Shown piece after piece: positions 1-12,332 of a stretch of 64,000 nt of DNA. The notes under the pieces were generated by a model. The model searched no databases. It was not told the origin of the DNA and worked only from the letters and a program-made list of their open reading frames with translations. Source of the stretch: Seison nebaliae (lineage: Eukaryota). The DNA lies in NCBI GenBank assembly GCA_023231475.1, contig JALJEE010001847.1, forward strand, positions 1 to 64,000. Reading direction: 5' to 3'. Positions within the stretch are counted from its first letter, which is position 1. Every line of letters begins with the position of its first letter. The position numbers were made by a program, and so were the translations under genes.

Positions 1-1068
1 ATTCGTTCCGGAATTCACCTAATTTCAGATTTTTTTTAAGATGCATAGTGCTCTAAATATGATCCGTGATTCGAAAAATTCATATTTTATTATTATACTA
101 ACATTATATTATTATTGTAAGAAAATAACAGAATCTCAAAAGCTGAGAAAAAAGTTAATTGACTACATGTAGAAAGACTAATAAAGATAGATAGTCGAAA
201 TACGAAAATCGACAGAGGTTCAACCTCACACTAGGGTAGTATTCCTAAATTGATAACAAACCAAAAAATAAATCAAAATAGTATGAGTAAATAGATTCAA
301 AATATTTTCTTCTGAAATTAGTGGAGTATAATCAATTAAAAATTTTAATGGATCCCTCGAACAAATAATTCTTAATATAAATATATTTGGAAAATCCCGG
401 AATAAGAATTACATCAAAATCACTGACTGAATGTGTGTTTATTGGAAAGAGAACACAATAATTTGAAACCGAACACATGAAATGTCATAACATTATCATT
501 TCTGGAACCCGGATCCAGGGATTGATCAATATGGTACTGATCAAATAGGAATAACAGTGTATGTAGATTCTAAATCGAAATTTCTAATTGAGATCTGAGT
601 AAGATCAATATTGGTGACATTGAATTTAGAATTAAAATATTATTATTATTCATTTATTTAAAATTTCTGCCTGGATAAATGAGAAAAAAGTGAAAAAGAA
701 CTCTGTTATCCTTCGTGTCACGATAGATTGGTACAGAAGATCGTATTATAAAGAAAAATGAGGAGAAAATTTTTAAGATACAAATAAAATTATTGTAACG
801 ATAAAGTGTTGGGAGAAGTAAATTAAAGTGAAATTATTAACAGAATTGGTAATATGAAACGGTAGTAGCTTTTCCTGTAATTAGAGATATAGATAAGGAT
901 GATATTTTAGAATTGACAATTCTACACTCTTAGATGGAGTTTGAGAGAAGATGATTTTTGAAAAGTTCGGCCTAACTGGGAAATTAGCGTGAGTACGTTC
1001 TTGCAAAACCAATTGTCATTGATTTAACACTGCGTATTTGCGTTTCTTTCTAATTATTCATTCATCTT

Positions 1069-3734
1069 ATGAATGTGCGTAAGAATTTCCAATTTGGAAT
1101 CTTGCGTGGAGTACACTCTCCCCTCCAACATGAGAGTGTCGATACGGTTATGTTGAACAGTAAAGGAGAAATTGGAGATCAGCCGCCATCATCCACCGAT
1201 CCGTCGGATGGTATTCAAATGGTCATTTCTCCATCGCTCTGTGGCATCGTCCAATTACATACGAATAGTATAAAATTATTATCAGGCAAAGCTTCTGATC
1301 AAGGGTTTCCATTTTCTTCTTTCTTTCTTCGTATCGTGTACTTCATGTAGGAAACATGTTGTTTCTCTTGAATAGATATGAATTCATCATGTGCACTTTC
1401 AATTTTCCCATGGGACATGACGACAATGGTCGCCCAACTTTCTTGGAAGAGGAATCGCTTAATATGAGAATGGAAGAACCTCATAGTCGTTCTGTCATTT
1501 TTAATTCACGTGAGAATATTGAATGGCATTCTGTTTATGGATTAATAAATATTGATTGGCAATCATTAAGTAATGAACGTAAAGCTAATGGTGAGTATGC
1601 GAGAATCAAACAGAATGTCGAATATCTTTGTCATTTGGGATTGGCGGGAGCAGTGTTCGATTTCACCTGCATTTATGAAACACAACAACTTGACATTGTG
1701 ACGAATTTAAGTTGCAAATTGAACGATTTGATCAACGATCAACAATATCTTCAGATTATTATTCTCCTTCCACTTCTTTCCAAAATGACAAGTGTCCGGG
1801 GTGGATTGAAAAGAAATGTTCGTCAATTTTCAATTCAAACTCATCAGGATTATGGAATTCATGAAGATTGGTATGATATCAGCGAATATCAACGTGATGA
1901 CGCATTGAAATTATTGAAGAAATCATGTTTCTCTTTCGAACATCCATCTAATTATCACGAGAATGAATTACCAACGGAGTCGTTCCTTCTTTGGCAACGA
2001 GTCACTTCCGCCACTAATTTTTCGTCACGAATTCAACCCGCTGTTATCTTTCCGGAAGTGGTGCGAGTTGAAGACGAGATATTAGTCCGTCAAGAAATCA
2101 AGAAATGGGAAGGATTCAAACTCGCTTTCATTATTATATCCACTGGTAGTTTTATCGCGAATAAGATGAAGTTTCCAGTTCTCCCGAAAATTCAACAGTT
2201 TCTTATGAAGAAAATTTTACGACTGAATAAATGTAACTTGCCAGTATTCATTCATGGACCGATCGGTCATGAAAAACACAATATGGAACGTGACATTCAA
2301 TTCCGTCTTTATTTCGAATACATTAAACATATGTACAAGAATGCGATGGAAATTGATGAGAAAACATCAAATAATCAAGCAATCTCTACAGCATTGCACG
2401 GGTGTGAGGATGAATTACAATTACCTCTACAACCATTAAAATTTAATTTGACACGATACACTTATGATTTGTTTGAGAGGGATCCCATTAAATATCGACA
2501 ATATGAATTAGTTTCCATTTTCTTCATTCCATAATTTCATCCTTTCCCCAAGGCTATATTCAATGCGATGCTCTTTCTCACTACCAAGAAGGGAAGAGAT
2601 CAACCATTTCTGGTAATAATGTTAGGTGCAGGACGTGGTCCAATCGTCGACAAAATTATCGAAGCAGGAAGAACAGCAAAAATTGCTTCTCTCAAAATTA
2701 TTGCTGTGGAGAAGAATCGATATGCGATTCCTGTGTTAGCGATCAATTTTCTTTCGAATTATCTCATTTCATTTTTTATTTAGTTTAACTCATCAATTAT
2801 ACAAATCATGGAATGTGGAAGAGAATAAAGAATTATATACGAACAAATTTGATTATTTAAAGAAATTAGAGAATATAGTGAAGGTTGATAAGAATCATAA
2901 TGAAAGTGACACGGAGGTGGTCATCGTCGTTAATGAGGATATGAGAACATTCTCCAACAATTTCCATAATCTCACCGTCGTCAACGGTGGAATAAAAGCT
3001 GATTTAGTTGTTTCAGAATTATTGGGATCGTTCGGTGACAACGAATTATCTCCCGAATGTCTCAGTGATAATTTATTGAAGAATCTTCTCCATCACAATG
3101 GATTTTGTATTCCTCAGTCCTATTCGTCTTATATCGCTCCAATTTCTTCGAAATTCATTCGGAATAAATTGAACATGTTAAAACAGAAAGATGTGAACGT
3201 CACCACCAAAAACGGTGTATTCGAGAGGCCATATGTCATCAATTTGAGCAATGCATCAATTCTCACTGAACCAGTCGAATTGTTCACTTTCCAACATTTC
3301 GTCAACAGTTTCCTCTTTATTCATTCTATTATAATCATTTCATCCTTCTAGAAAATAATGAAACGAATTTAGAAGAGAAATACAAACGAATAGATTTCAT
3401 CATTAATTGCAAAATGGGAAATGATCTTGTCGAGACTTCAATCGACGGATTTATCGGTTATTTCGATTGTCGTTTATTCGATCAAATCCGAATAACCATC
3501 CTTCCCAACGAATTGGCCAAAGTCAATAACGGAATGTTTTCTTGGTTTCCTTTATTATTTCCATTGACCACACCAATCACATTTCATTCAATTATGAATG
3601 TTGTTCATCTCTACTTCTGGCGACGAATGAATAAAACACATGTCTGGTATGAATGGACGGCATCAATTGACGATGGACGATCAGTACTGCCGATTCATAA
3701 TGCTACGGGAATTCATTTTTCCATAGAGAAATAA
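1069..3734 (+). CDS. PRMT5: Protein arginine N-methyltransferase 5 (5 exons)
   Basis: Motifs YDLFERDPIKY, motif I GAGRGP, VEKN, double-E loop VSELLGSFGDNELSPECL and GMFSWF. Exons join in frame via GT-AG introns 1305-1375, 2511-2552, 2735-2783 and 3308-3351. Junction ASDQG/YEFIMC matches the PRMT5 N-terminal KQGFDFLC segment. Confidence 0.93.
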
Positions 3735-5152
3735 AATAAAATTTTGAAATGTTTTCATCCTAATTTTTCTTCATGAAATTGTCAGTAAATCATTTCTTCT
3801 CCGTTTAAATATCGTTTTCTGTTAAATAAATTTTTTTTTGTTAATTACATTCCATTAATTATTTCGATATTTATTTCATTCCATTCATCATCAATTCTAT
3901 AAATGATTGAAAGAGTGGTATACTATTATAGATAAAATATAAATATCAAAATAATTTAACAGTTCCTCTTTGATGAAAACACAATACCATTATAATAGTT
4001 TTCTCAATTATCTCATTAGATTGTGAGAATCGATAACGAGATAAAAGTGTAACAATAAGAAATGATATGAGTCTTAAAAATATTAATTATTATTTATTAG
4101 TTAAAATTCCTGTCGGGATAAACGTGAAAAAAAGAGAAAAAAAATTTTGTCATCCTCCTTCTCAATATAAAGCCGCAATTGATCCAGGGAACAGCGTTCG
4201 ATTGGTAAAGAGGAGGTGGAAATATAGTTTCTAAAATCTGTTAGAGAAATGTTTCGTAATAACCCAAAGTCAATCTGACGATGTATGAGAAGACTGAATG
4301 GGTGTGAAAAGGATAGATAACGGGAGGAAGACTGAAGATTGTGTCGGAATTGTTAAATTTATCATGAAAAGAAAAAATACGACGACACAAGAGAATAGGA
4401 AGAGGTAAGAAATTCATTGTGGCGAAAAGAAGTGGACGGTTACATCTATGAAAGCAGCAGATCATTCTTCTGATGAGCCGATTATAGGCCCAATCCATGG
4501 ACAGAAACGAGCGGTGGGAGCATAGAAAAATGGTCTCTAGGGAGTATAAAGGTAGCACAAGGCTCCTGAAAAGGGACAGACGGATCTTTATCGGGACAAA
4601 TTTGGATTTGGGTGAGAAAGAAAAAAAGCCCTACAAAACTTGTTACGTATACGATCGAGAGAGGATGACGAAAAAGAATGCAAATCGATTAGCTTGAATT
4701 GAATGATTTCTTCAACAAATTTACTTCTGTTGATCCAATAAATCTACTACATGCATTCAATAATTATACGTATCTGTTAGTAATTTGCGCTTGAATTTCC
4801 CAACAAAATGATAAAATTCTAATTCTATAATTTAAATATCCCATATACTAATTGACGGAAATCATTTGGAAGTTTTAATTTATAATTAATTAAATGAAGA
4901 AAAATTACTTAACTTAGAAAAAGGTTTTTTTTAGAGGTAATGAACAATTAATTTGAAATTAACAGGAAGTAAATTAACAGAAAAATTAGTAATATTTCAT
5001 GAAGCAAATAGAGTTTAACGAATATCTGACAACCGAAATTGATTTATATTGAGACTATAATAATTAAAACGCTTCCATCACTTGATCCGTATTCAATAAG
5101 TATTATGATAATATTGTTTCATCGGTTTCTTACATTCCGAATAAAAGTAAGG

Positions 5153-5917
5153 CTAAGATATTTTGATATATCCGAACCATAAAATTACCAGGGAAATTAT
5201 TCGGCTTCCATTCGACTCACAATTCAAATGAGATTCCAATATCGATGATTGGGCGAAGGCAAGAATGGACAACCAGACTCCCAAAGAGGGATATTCTGAT
5301 TGTCCACTTTGCACTTCACTAATGTTTCTGAATGAATTCAGGAACACCTTCTAATTGATTGGCACAACTAAACGATCAAAACGACTAATAAGTAATTCTT
5401 TCTGTTTCAGAGTAGATTACTTGAATTGTCGCTGATTGATTTTAAGTAATCTCGTTCTTCTTTATTAGAAAGAAGAACAATCTCTGAATTAAAAAGAGCA
5501 TCTTTATAATTCGAGATATTGCATTCTTCCGATTTTCTCCGATAAGCTTCGTCATCAATAAAGCAGTACACGAACCACCATATACGAGACAATGTTCGAT
5601 TGAAAGATAATACATAGTTCTTTGCTATCTTCAGTATCATCTGTGATCCCGATTTTTGAATAATTCCTTCATGTCTAAGGTGGAAACTAATTTTCTCAAC
5701 GTTCATTCTGTTTCCATAAGGTTTTCTTCTTGTATGCGATACGTTTCTTTCCACTTATAGAACATACAACCAGAACCAATTGCCTTCCCATTGGATACAA
5801 GGCACATACTTTTAACCTATTGAAGCGTTCCAAGTTTGTAATGCAGAGATTGTAAGATAGGCCAGATAGAAAACTCTCACGATGGTCATGGAAGAATTTT
5901 GAAATTATTAACTTCAA
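5153..5917 (-). pseudogene. Possible decayed coding fragment, perhaps transposon-derived
   Basis: Three staggered same-strand short ORFs without clean splice joins or a recognisable motif. Confidence 0.2.
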
Positions 5918-6007
5918 AATGAATTACTAATAATAATATGATTGAAGTTATGAAAAATATCGTATCCTTTTATAGTCGAAGACGACTATATGTAGATTTC
6001 GTATTAT

Positions 6008-6145
6008 ATGACACGTAACTCTCTTATTACGCGGCACGTACCGTCCATAAGAAGTGCCACGTAGTTCTCTTAGTTTGCGGTACGTACCGCCAATAGGAAG
6101 CGCCACGTAGTTTTAGGATTATGCGACACGTCAGTTTAAGATTAT
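6008..6145. repeat. Imperfect ~46-bp tandem duplication rich in CACGT cores
   Basis: ctcttattacgcggcacgtaccgtccataagaagtgccacgtagtt followed by ctcttagtttgcggtacgtaccgccaataggaagcgccacgtagtt, plus partial copies. Confidence 0.6.
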
Positions 6146-6426
6146 TGCAATTGTAGCTCATATGTAGCTCAATATATTTTCGTTAGATCGCTAGAATTGT
6201 AGATTAGATATTATCTTTGTTTTTAATTGAAAATGAAGCTTAATTAATTTTTCTTCAATAATCAAATTATCCTCTCTGGCGGTAACACCATCGTCAATTT
6301 TCAATGTGAAATATTGTTAATTTACTTCAAATTTTACAATAATTGTCAACGAAAAGAATCTCCCTTGAAATTTTGAGTTACATAGTTTGAGCTTGTAAAT
6401 ATAAAAATAATTTGCAAAAAATTTTT

Positions 6427-6498
6427 CTCCCACGCCGGGAATCGAACCCGGGCCGTCGCCGTGAAAGGGCGAAATCCTAACCCCTAGACCACATGGGA
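6427..6498 (-). tRNA. tRNA-Glu(TTC)
   Basis: Reverse complement TCCCATG...CGTGGGAG, 72 nt. Anticodon arm TCGCC-CT-TTC-AC-GGCGA and T-loop GGTTCGATTCC. Confidence 0.95.
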
Positions 6499-7339
6499 CA
6501 TGATAGTAAATCATTCTTTCATATATTAAGTAATAGATATAATATAAATTTAGTTCTAACATGTCTTGTAAGGAAGAAATAAAAATAATTTTAAAATAAC
6601 TAAAAAAGAAAAAATATATGGTAAGTTAAACTTCATGCTAATAATTTACTAACTGGAAAGTTATATTCAAAAAGAAAGATAAATTCACGAGAAAATATTT
6701 TAAAGAACGGTCAGAAGATCTCCTTTAAAGTAATTCATAATTATATTCTATAAAGTTACCTTTTCTATTCGAAAGGTTTCCGCCGAACTCGACAATTTAG
6801 ATTCACTATATCTAGTAAATTGGAATTCACTTACTCTGTTCTAACCATTTGAACTTCCCTCTCGAAAAAAAAAAGACTTATGATGTTTCATCAAATCATT
6901 TTAAAATAACTATAAACGTTACTAATATGTTTTCGTTTTTAGTTTATGTAATTCGCTTAACAAGAAACAAACTAATGAATTGGAATTGAAGAGTAACATC
7001 ATGACGATAATTAGTGTCGAAAAGATAATTTTACTCACAAGTAACTTACTCTCATTGTCAGCTATGTAAATTATATATTATTCACTACTGAGCAAACAGT
7101 GCACCAATGTCGGGGAATAATTTTCAATTTTAAATCATCGACTAAATAGTAAATAAACAGAAACTTCTGAAGATTTTTTCCGAAGTTTAATCGTTCAATT
7201 TTTTCCCAATCTGAATCAATTTATTCATATCAAATAAAAGAACACTCATAAACATCAAATTATAGGCAATCAATATCAAATATTATCATATGGTTTTCAA
7301 TTTTATTATATTTTAATGTATTCGACTTTACATTTCAAT

Positions 7340-7421
7340 GCTGCGATGGCCGAGTGGTTAAGGCGTTGGACTCGAAATCCAATGGGGTCTCCCCGCGCAG
7401 GTTCAAATCCTGCTCGCAGCG
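7340..7421 (+). tRNA. tRNA-Ser(CGA), copy 1
   Basis: 82 nt, GCTGCGA...TCGCAGCG, anticodon arm TTGGA-CT-CGA-AA-TCCAA, long variable arm, downstream T-run Pol III terminator. Confidence 0.97.
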
Positions 7422-7655
7422 AGAGTTTTTTTTTCTGAAGATAATTTTGAAAAATGGAGCACTCTTCTGGTTTCGCAGTGTATTTGAATTTTCTCCCTTG
7501 TGAGTCCTTTACAATATATATTGTGAGTCAAATGATGAAGTTTCAAATTTGAATTCTATGATAATTAAAAGATGCTTTTTTAAACTTTATTCAATTTAAT
7601 AAAAAATGAATAGTGTAATGATAATGAGAAAAATGTGATAAAGCTAGATGAGTTT

Positions 7656-9143
7656 TTATGTATCATCTAAATAATCTTCGTCGATTGGTTCGTGTACATC
7701 ATAATCATAATATAAAAGATAATGGCTAATAAAAGGAAATAAACAGTTGGACTTCTTTCCAATTACATTTGATGATGTTATTGTGGTGGTGGTGGTTGAT
7801 GTAGTTGATGCTGAGGATGACGGGAAATATTGTTTACAGGAATTGATAATTTGAATAGAAGAAACTCCATTTATTAATTCCATTAAGAACTTTGTTGCTT
7901 TCAATCTCTCATAATTCTTTTTGATATGCTGAGAATTTTCTGAGAAACCGCTATGGATCGATACTGATCGTTGATCGAGTGATGATTGTAAAGACGATAA
8001 CATATCATAATCAGCGAAGGTAACAGACGGATCGAATGTACTTCGATCAATATTGGTCTTATCGGCAAAGATGTAAATGTTTGTCGTTGCTAATTGGAGA
8101 TGAGTGACTAGAAAATGAAGTAGCGAACCAACCGTCACATGACGGTTAATGAGTAAATTATAGTGTAAAGGAGAATTGACATTAAACTCGAAATGGATAT
8201 GTCTTAATTCAATATAAATAATATCGGAAGATTTGATTTTCATTCCAACTAATCTCGGGAGACTAATCATTCTTTTCCCACTAACTAAACTCACTTTATT
8301 ATTCTCATAAATTTGTAGTGCTGATGGTGTTTTCATTCCACACTTCTTACATTGTTCCTCTGATTTCTTTTCTTTCTTTCCTTTCTTCTTTGTCGCAACA
8401 GATGGTAGAGAGTTAGAAGTGATCACCTCAATATACCTCGCCAAATGATATTCGAAACCTTGTTCCAATTTAGCATAAAAACATCGTTCCATCGATTTCG
8501 CGCTATTGTCGAGACAAGTACAAATGAAATAAATATCCATTTTCGACAATTGTTCTTTCTGATCGATATCAATGAATTTCATGTCAGAACTTAATTGATT
8601 CGATTTAATTGGATTGTTAAAGAGAAGAGTTTTCGATAACATTGTCGTTTTAAGAATCGAAGAAAACTCATCATATGATACCGATTGTCTCACATCCAAA
8701 TCGATAGTATCTGCGACAAAAATTTGAGATTCTTCTTCTTCCACTTTCTTTCCCGTTTCACTTTTTTTATTTTCATCGATATTTAATAAAACTTCTTCAT
8801 CTTCCGTTAAAAAGGATTGCATGTCCCGTTTCAATTTAATGAGGGAACTCATCTCCGCCAGCAGATCTTGCTCTAATAAATTAATTTGAAATTGATCCAT
8901 CAATCTGTCATACATCCTTCGCATTTCGGTGGGATTTGATCGAATATCTTTCACTTTCTTCTTTGCATCCTTCCACTTATCTTTTTGTTTCTTTCCCTTC
9001 TTCTTTTTACCTTTCATTCTCTTCTTCAACTTATTCCACAAATGTTCATTCGAATGACGATCAAACTTTTACTAAATAGTTAAATTATTAGTTAAAGTGA
9101 CCTTCTCATCTCCATGACAACAAACATTTTGTTTTACTCTCTT
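7656..9143 (-). CDS. Uncharacterised protein with Lys-rich stretches and a degenerate EF-hand-like loop
   Basis: 461-aa stop-free ORF (7656-9041) with a DLDVRQSVSYDEF loop. A probable short first exon (MKRVKQNVCCHGDEK) joins via a 36-nt intron; start uncertain. Confidence 0.6.
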
Positions 9144-9863
9144 CATAAATTCCTTCCAAACTCTCTATGGTAATCTCTCCCAAATATTCAACTAATTATA
9201 AAATGCTTTTCTGACTTCTTCCTTTCTACTCCATCTGACATTTATTTTTATTTATTACCATGGTGAAATTAAAAAGAAAAGATGGAAAAAACTTCCATTA
9301 TCAATTTCACATTTCAGAACAAAACTAAATGAAAATGCCTTATTAAGAATTTTGTTGCATTTTATGTGAATTGCCAGTTGGTTATGAATCCAATCGATTT
9401 TTTTCAACTTTTTTTAAAACTTCTTTTTTTTGAAAGAATTATTTAAGATATGATGTTCAGTTTAAGATATTTAGAAAGGGCTTGAAATGCTCTACAAGAT
9501 CGTACTTTATAAATTACATTCATTTCAGAAATTTATTTAAAACTTTGCACTTTTGTTCCTCAACAAATTAAAAAAAATAAACTTTTGGAAAAATCTTTAA
9601 CTAATTACATGGTCCTTATATTTGTTCAATTCACCTATAATAATTTTGTTGATAAACAATGAACATTAGAAATATCATATTATATGTCATAATATTGGCC
9701 ATATGACGATCGTGGTGGAAACGTTATATTCTCTTAATTCTTGATTCATAATTTTTATTATCATTGCTATTATTTATTTGAAATAATTCTCAAATTGGAG
9801 AAAATTAAAATTCATATCTAATAACCTTCTTATATTTTATAGTATCCAATTTTACATATCAAT

Positions 9864-9945
9864 GCTGCGATGGCCGAGTGGTTAAGGCGTTGGACTCGAA
9901 ATCCAATGGGGTCTCCCCGCGCAGGTTCAAATCCTGCTCGCAGCG
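9864..9945 (+). tRNA. tRNA-Ser(CGA), copy 2
   Basis: Identical to 7340-7421; followed by a T-run. Confidence 0.97.
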
Positions 9946-10082
9946 AAAATTTTTCTTCTAAATATGACTTTTCAAAATTGACGACAGTTCACTTTTCGAA
10001 GTGCGGTTATTCGAGATGAGATTCTAACGTGAGAGAATATGACACAACTTCTTTCTTTTTTTAATTTTATTCAATTTGATTA

Positions 10083-11330
10083 ATTTTTTTTTATTAAGGC
10101 TGAATCCCAGTTTGGGCAATTTTGAATGAATTAAAATAAAGAAAAGGAATTAAGATTTGAGATAATATGACGGCCCCGAGAGATGTATGGGGAAAGAATA
10201 TCGGGAACACAGTTATCGATTGAAAAATTAGATATAGTGATATAGTAAAATAGAGTTCAGCATCTTCCACTGTGTTGGGAAGTGGAATCTCGTAATAGTG
10301 ACAGAAAAAGTAGACAGGATTAGTAAATAGCTCACACTGTTCATAAGTCGGATATCGGAAGTCAGATAATTTTATGTTTTAGATGAGAGCAATAAATCTT
10401 TTGCCTAACAAAAGAGGAAGCCCGGTAATCGAGAACATAAAGGCACGAAAACGATAAAAAATGGGAGATAACAGTCTAATAAGTTTCTTATAAAGCGATT
10501 ATAAGCACGATCTAATGCTAGTATAGATTTTAATGAAAATGATACTAAACATTGTAATCCATCCAAATCGCAACAAAAAATTTTGAATAATTGAATTTTC
10601 TTCCAAAGAGGAAAATATTTGCAACGATGATGAAATAAGTGAAAGGATCTAATGAACTTATTTCGAATTTGATCAACGAAAGAAGAACTTTTCTTTCTGT
10701 TGTTGAAAGAACAGCCAAGGAATATGGTACAGTCGCATTAGTAATCGATAAAGTTGTTGTATTTTTCTGTGAGAGGTCAATTTGTCAGAATTTTGGATTT
10801 GGAGTCATTACAGGAAATACCACATTTTGAGAGTTCAGTCTTGATCGACTCAACTATCGCATTCAAATTCTTTAGATTATTACTAATAGCGATCATGTCA
10901 TCAGCATATGCATAAACTGCTGGATACGACTAATGTTTTATAGAGAGGAAGACAGAGAATTGACTGCATGGATCACCCTATCAATGACCTTACCGAAGAT
11001 CCACGGCGATAGAATAGATCCTTGACGCACACCCTTGTTCATTGGAAACTTCTCTCCTATCTGATTTTTCCATTTGATAACGTCAGAAGAATTCATTGAT
11101 ATATTACTAATGAAGTCGGTACAGATTGTGTCCATACCACAATTATTCAAAATAGTGACGCCAATTTCAACATCCACTGAATCAAACGCCATTGACGCAT
11201 CGATAAGACACACGATAAATTTAGCATTCAACGAACGACAACACGGGATTAACATTCGAAGATGTAATATTAATGGAAGCGTTCCTTTGCTTTTCTACTA
11301 TAAGCGAATTGTAGGGAGCAATATGTAATT
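10083..11330 (-). mobile_element. 5'-truncated, degenerate non-LTR retrotransposon (LINE-like RT)
   Basis: RT motifs LIDASMAFDSVD and GVRQGSILSPWIF (10938-11255), then VYAYADDMI near 10890-10920 in a shifted frame after a stop. AATAAA plus an A-run on the minus strand near 10083-10096. Confidence 0.8.
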
Positions 11331-11531
11331 GTAATAATTAATACTATTAATAAAAATGTAGTTATTTTACGAGGAAACGATGATGAGAATATTGAAGTGG
11401 ATGAGAAATGTTGAACGGATTGTTTATGAACGTTTTAAAATGACGATATTCATCATATGACAATCAGCTGTAAAACGTTCTATTCTCATGATACTTCATT
11501 TCTTTTAAATGTTTTCTACTCATATTATAAG

Positions 11532-11534
<3 letters not shown>

Positions 11535-11562
<28 letters not shown>
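11535..11562. repeat. (TA)n microsatellite
   Basis: Direct TA run upstream of tRNA-Ser copy 3. Confidence 0.9.
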
Positions 11563-11565
<3 letters not shown>

Positions 11566-11589
11566 GATAATATATAATAATGTACTAAT

Positions 11590-11671
11590 GCTGCGATGGC
11601 CGAGTGGTTAAGGCGTTGGACTCGAAATCCAATGGGGTCTCCCCGCGCAGGTTCAAATCCTGCTCGCAGCG
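11590..11671 (+). tRNA. tRNA-Ser(CGA), copy 3
   Basis: Identical to the other two copies; followed by T-runs. Confidence 0.97.
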
Positions 11672-11881
11672 AAAGTTTTCTAAACTTATTTTTTTTTAAA
11701 ATTAATTGTTGTTCAACTTCGTTGCTAGGAAACAATTTCAGTTGATTCAATTTTCGATTCGTTCTATTCGACTTATACGAGTATAAAAGACAGCATTCTC
11801 AACGAAATATTTCAATTGAATTTATTTTGCGCTTTAGAAAAATTTATTTTAACGAATTGGCAAATGAAGAAATTTGCGAGG

Positions 11882-12035
11882 TGTCATTCCTCCTGGATAG
11901 GGGAGGAATGACATCTAATATCTACCATTCCTTTTAAACGGAAAAGGAATGGTAGATAAGATAAGGGATGGAATGGCATTCCATTCCTGATGGAAAATGC
12001 AACGGAAAATCCCGTCCATCAGCCGGGGTTGCTGA
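11882..12035. other. Array of consecutive inverted-repeat hairpins with CATTCC/GGAATG cores
   Basis: Perfect stems 11882-11893/11902-11913 (12 bp) and 11919-11935/11942-11958 (17 bp), then weaker stems to ~12035. Confidence 0.7.
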
Positions 12036-12239
12036 AGAAGAATATCATTTCGAAATATATTCAACAAATCAGGCAACGAACCAATGACGATTATGCGACA
12101 TGACACTCACCAAAAACCTAAAATCTTCTTTAATATTTTAATAAAATTTATGAAAATTATTCCTAAACTTCTTTGATTTTCTCTTTTTCTTTAATTTCCA
12201 ACATTTCATCTGATTTTGAGAATTACTTACCACCTCAAC

Positions 12240-12246
12240 TATAAAG
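12240..12246 (+). promoter_or_regulatory. Candidate TATA box of the BAF-like basic protein gene
   Basis: TATAAAG ~90 nt upstream of ATG 12333; weak evidence in AT-rich DNA. Confidence 0.3.
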
Positions 12247-12332
12247 TGGAACTGAATTGAATTGTAATTGATATATTTTTTTTTTAAATTTCATTTTGTT
12301 TATTTTTTCCAATTTGTTTTTTCTTGTTACGA

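Noticed and set aside
420..620. Possible decayed retroviral-type protease (IIISGTRIQGLI...)
   Set aside because: The catalytic DTG motif is not intact and the frame is broken; too weak to call.
4200..4700. Purine-rich, stop-interrupted frame resembling a decayed gag
   Set aside because: No intact zinc knuckle or other diagnostic motif.
11562..11750. Short ORFs overlapping tRNA genes (also 6317-6562)
   Set aside because: Spurious translations across tRNA sequence.
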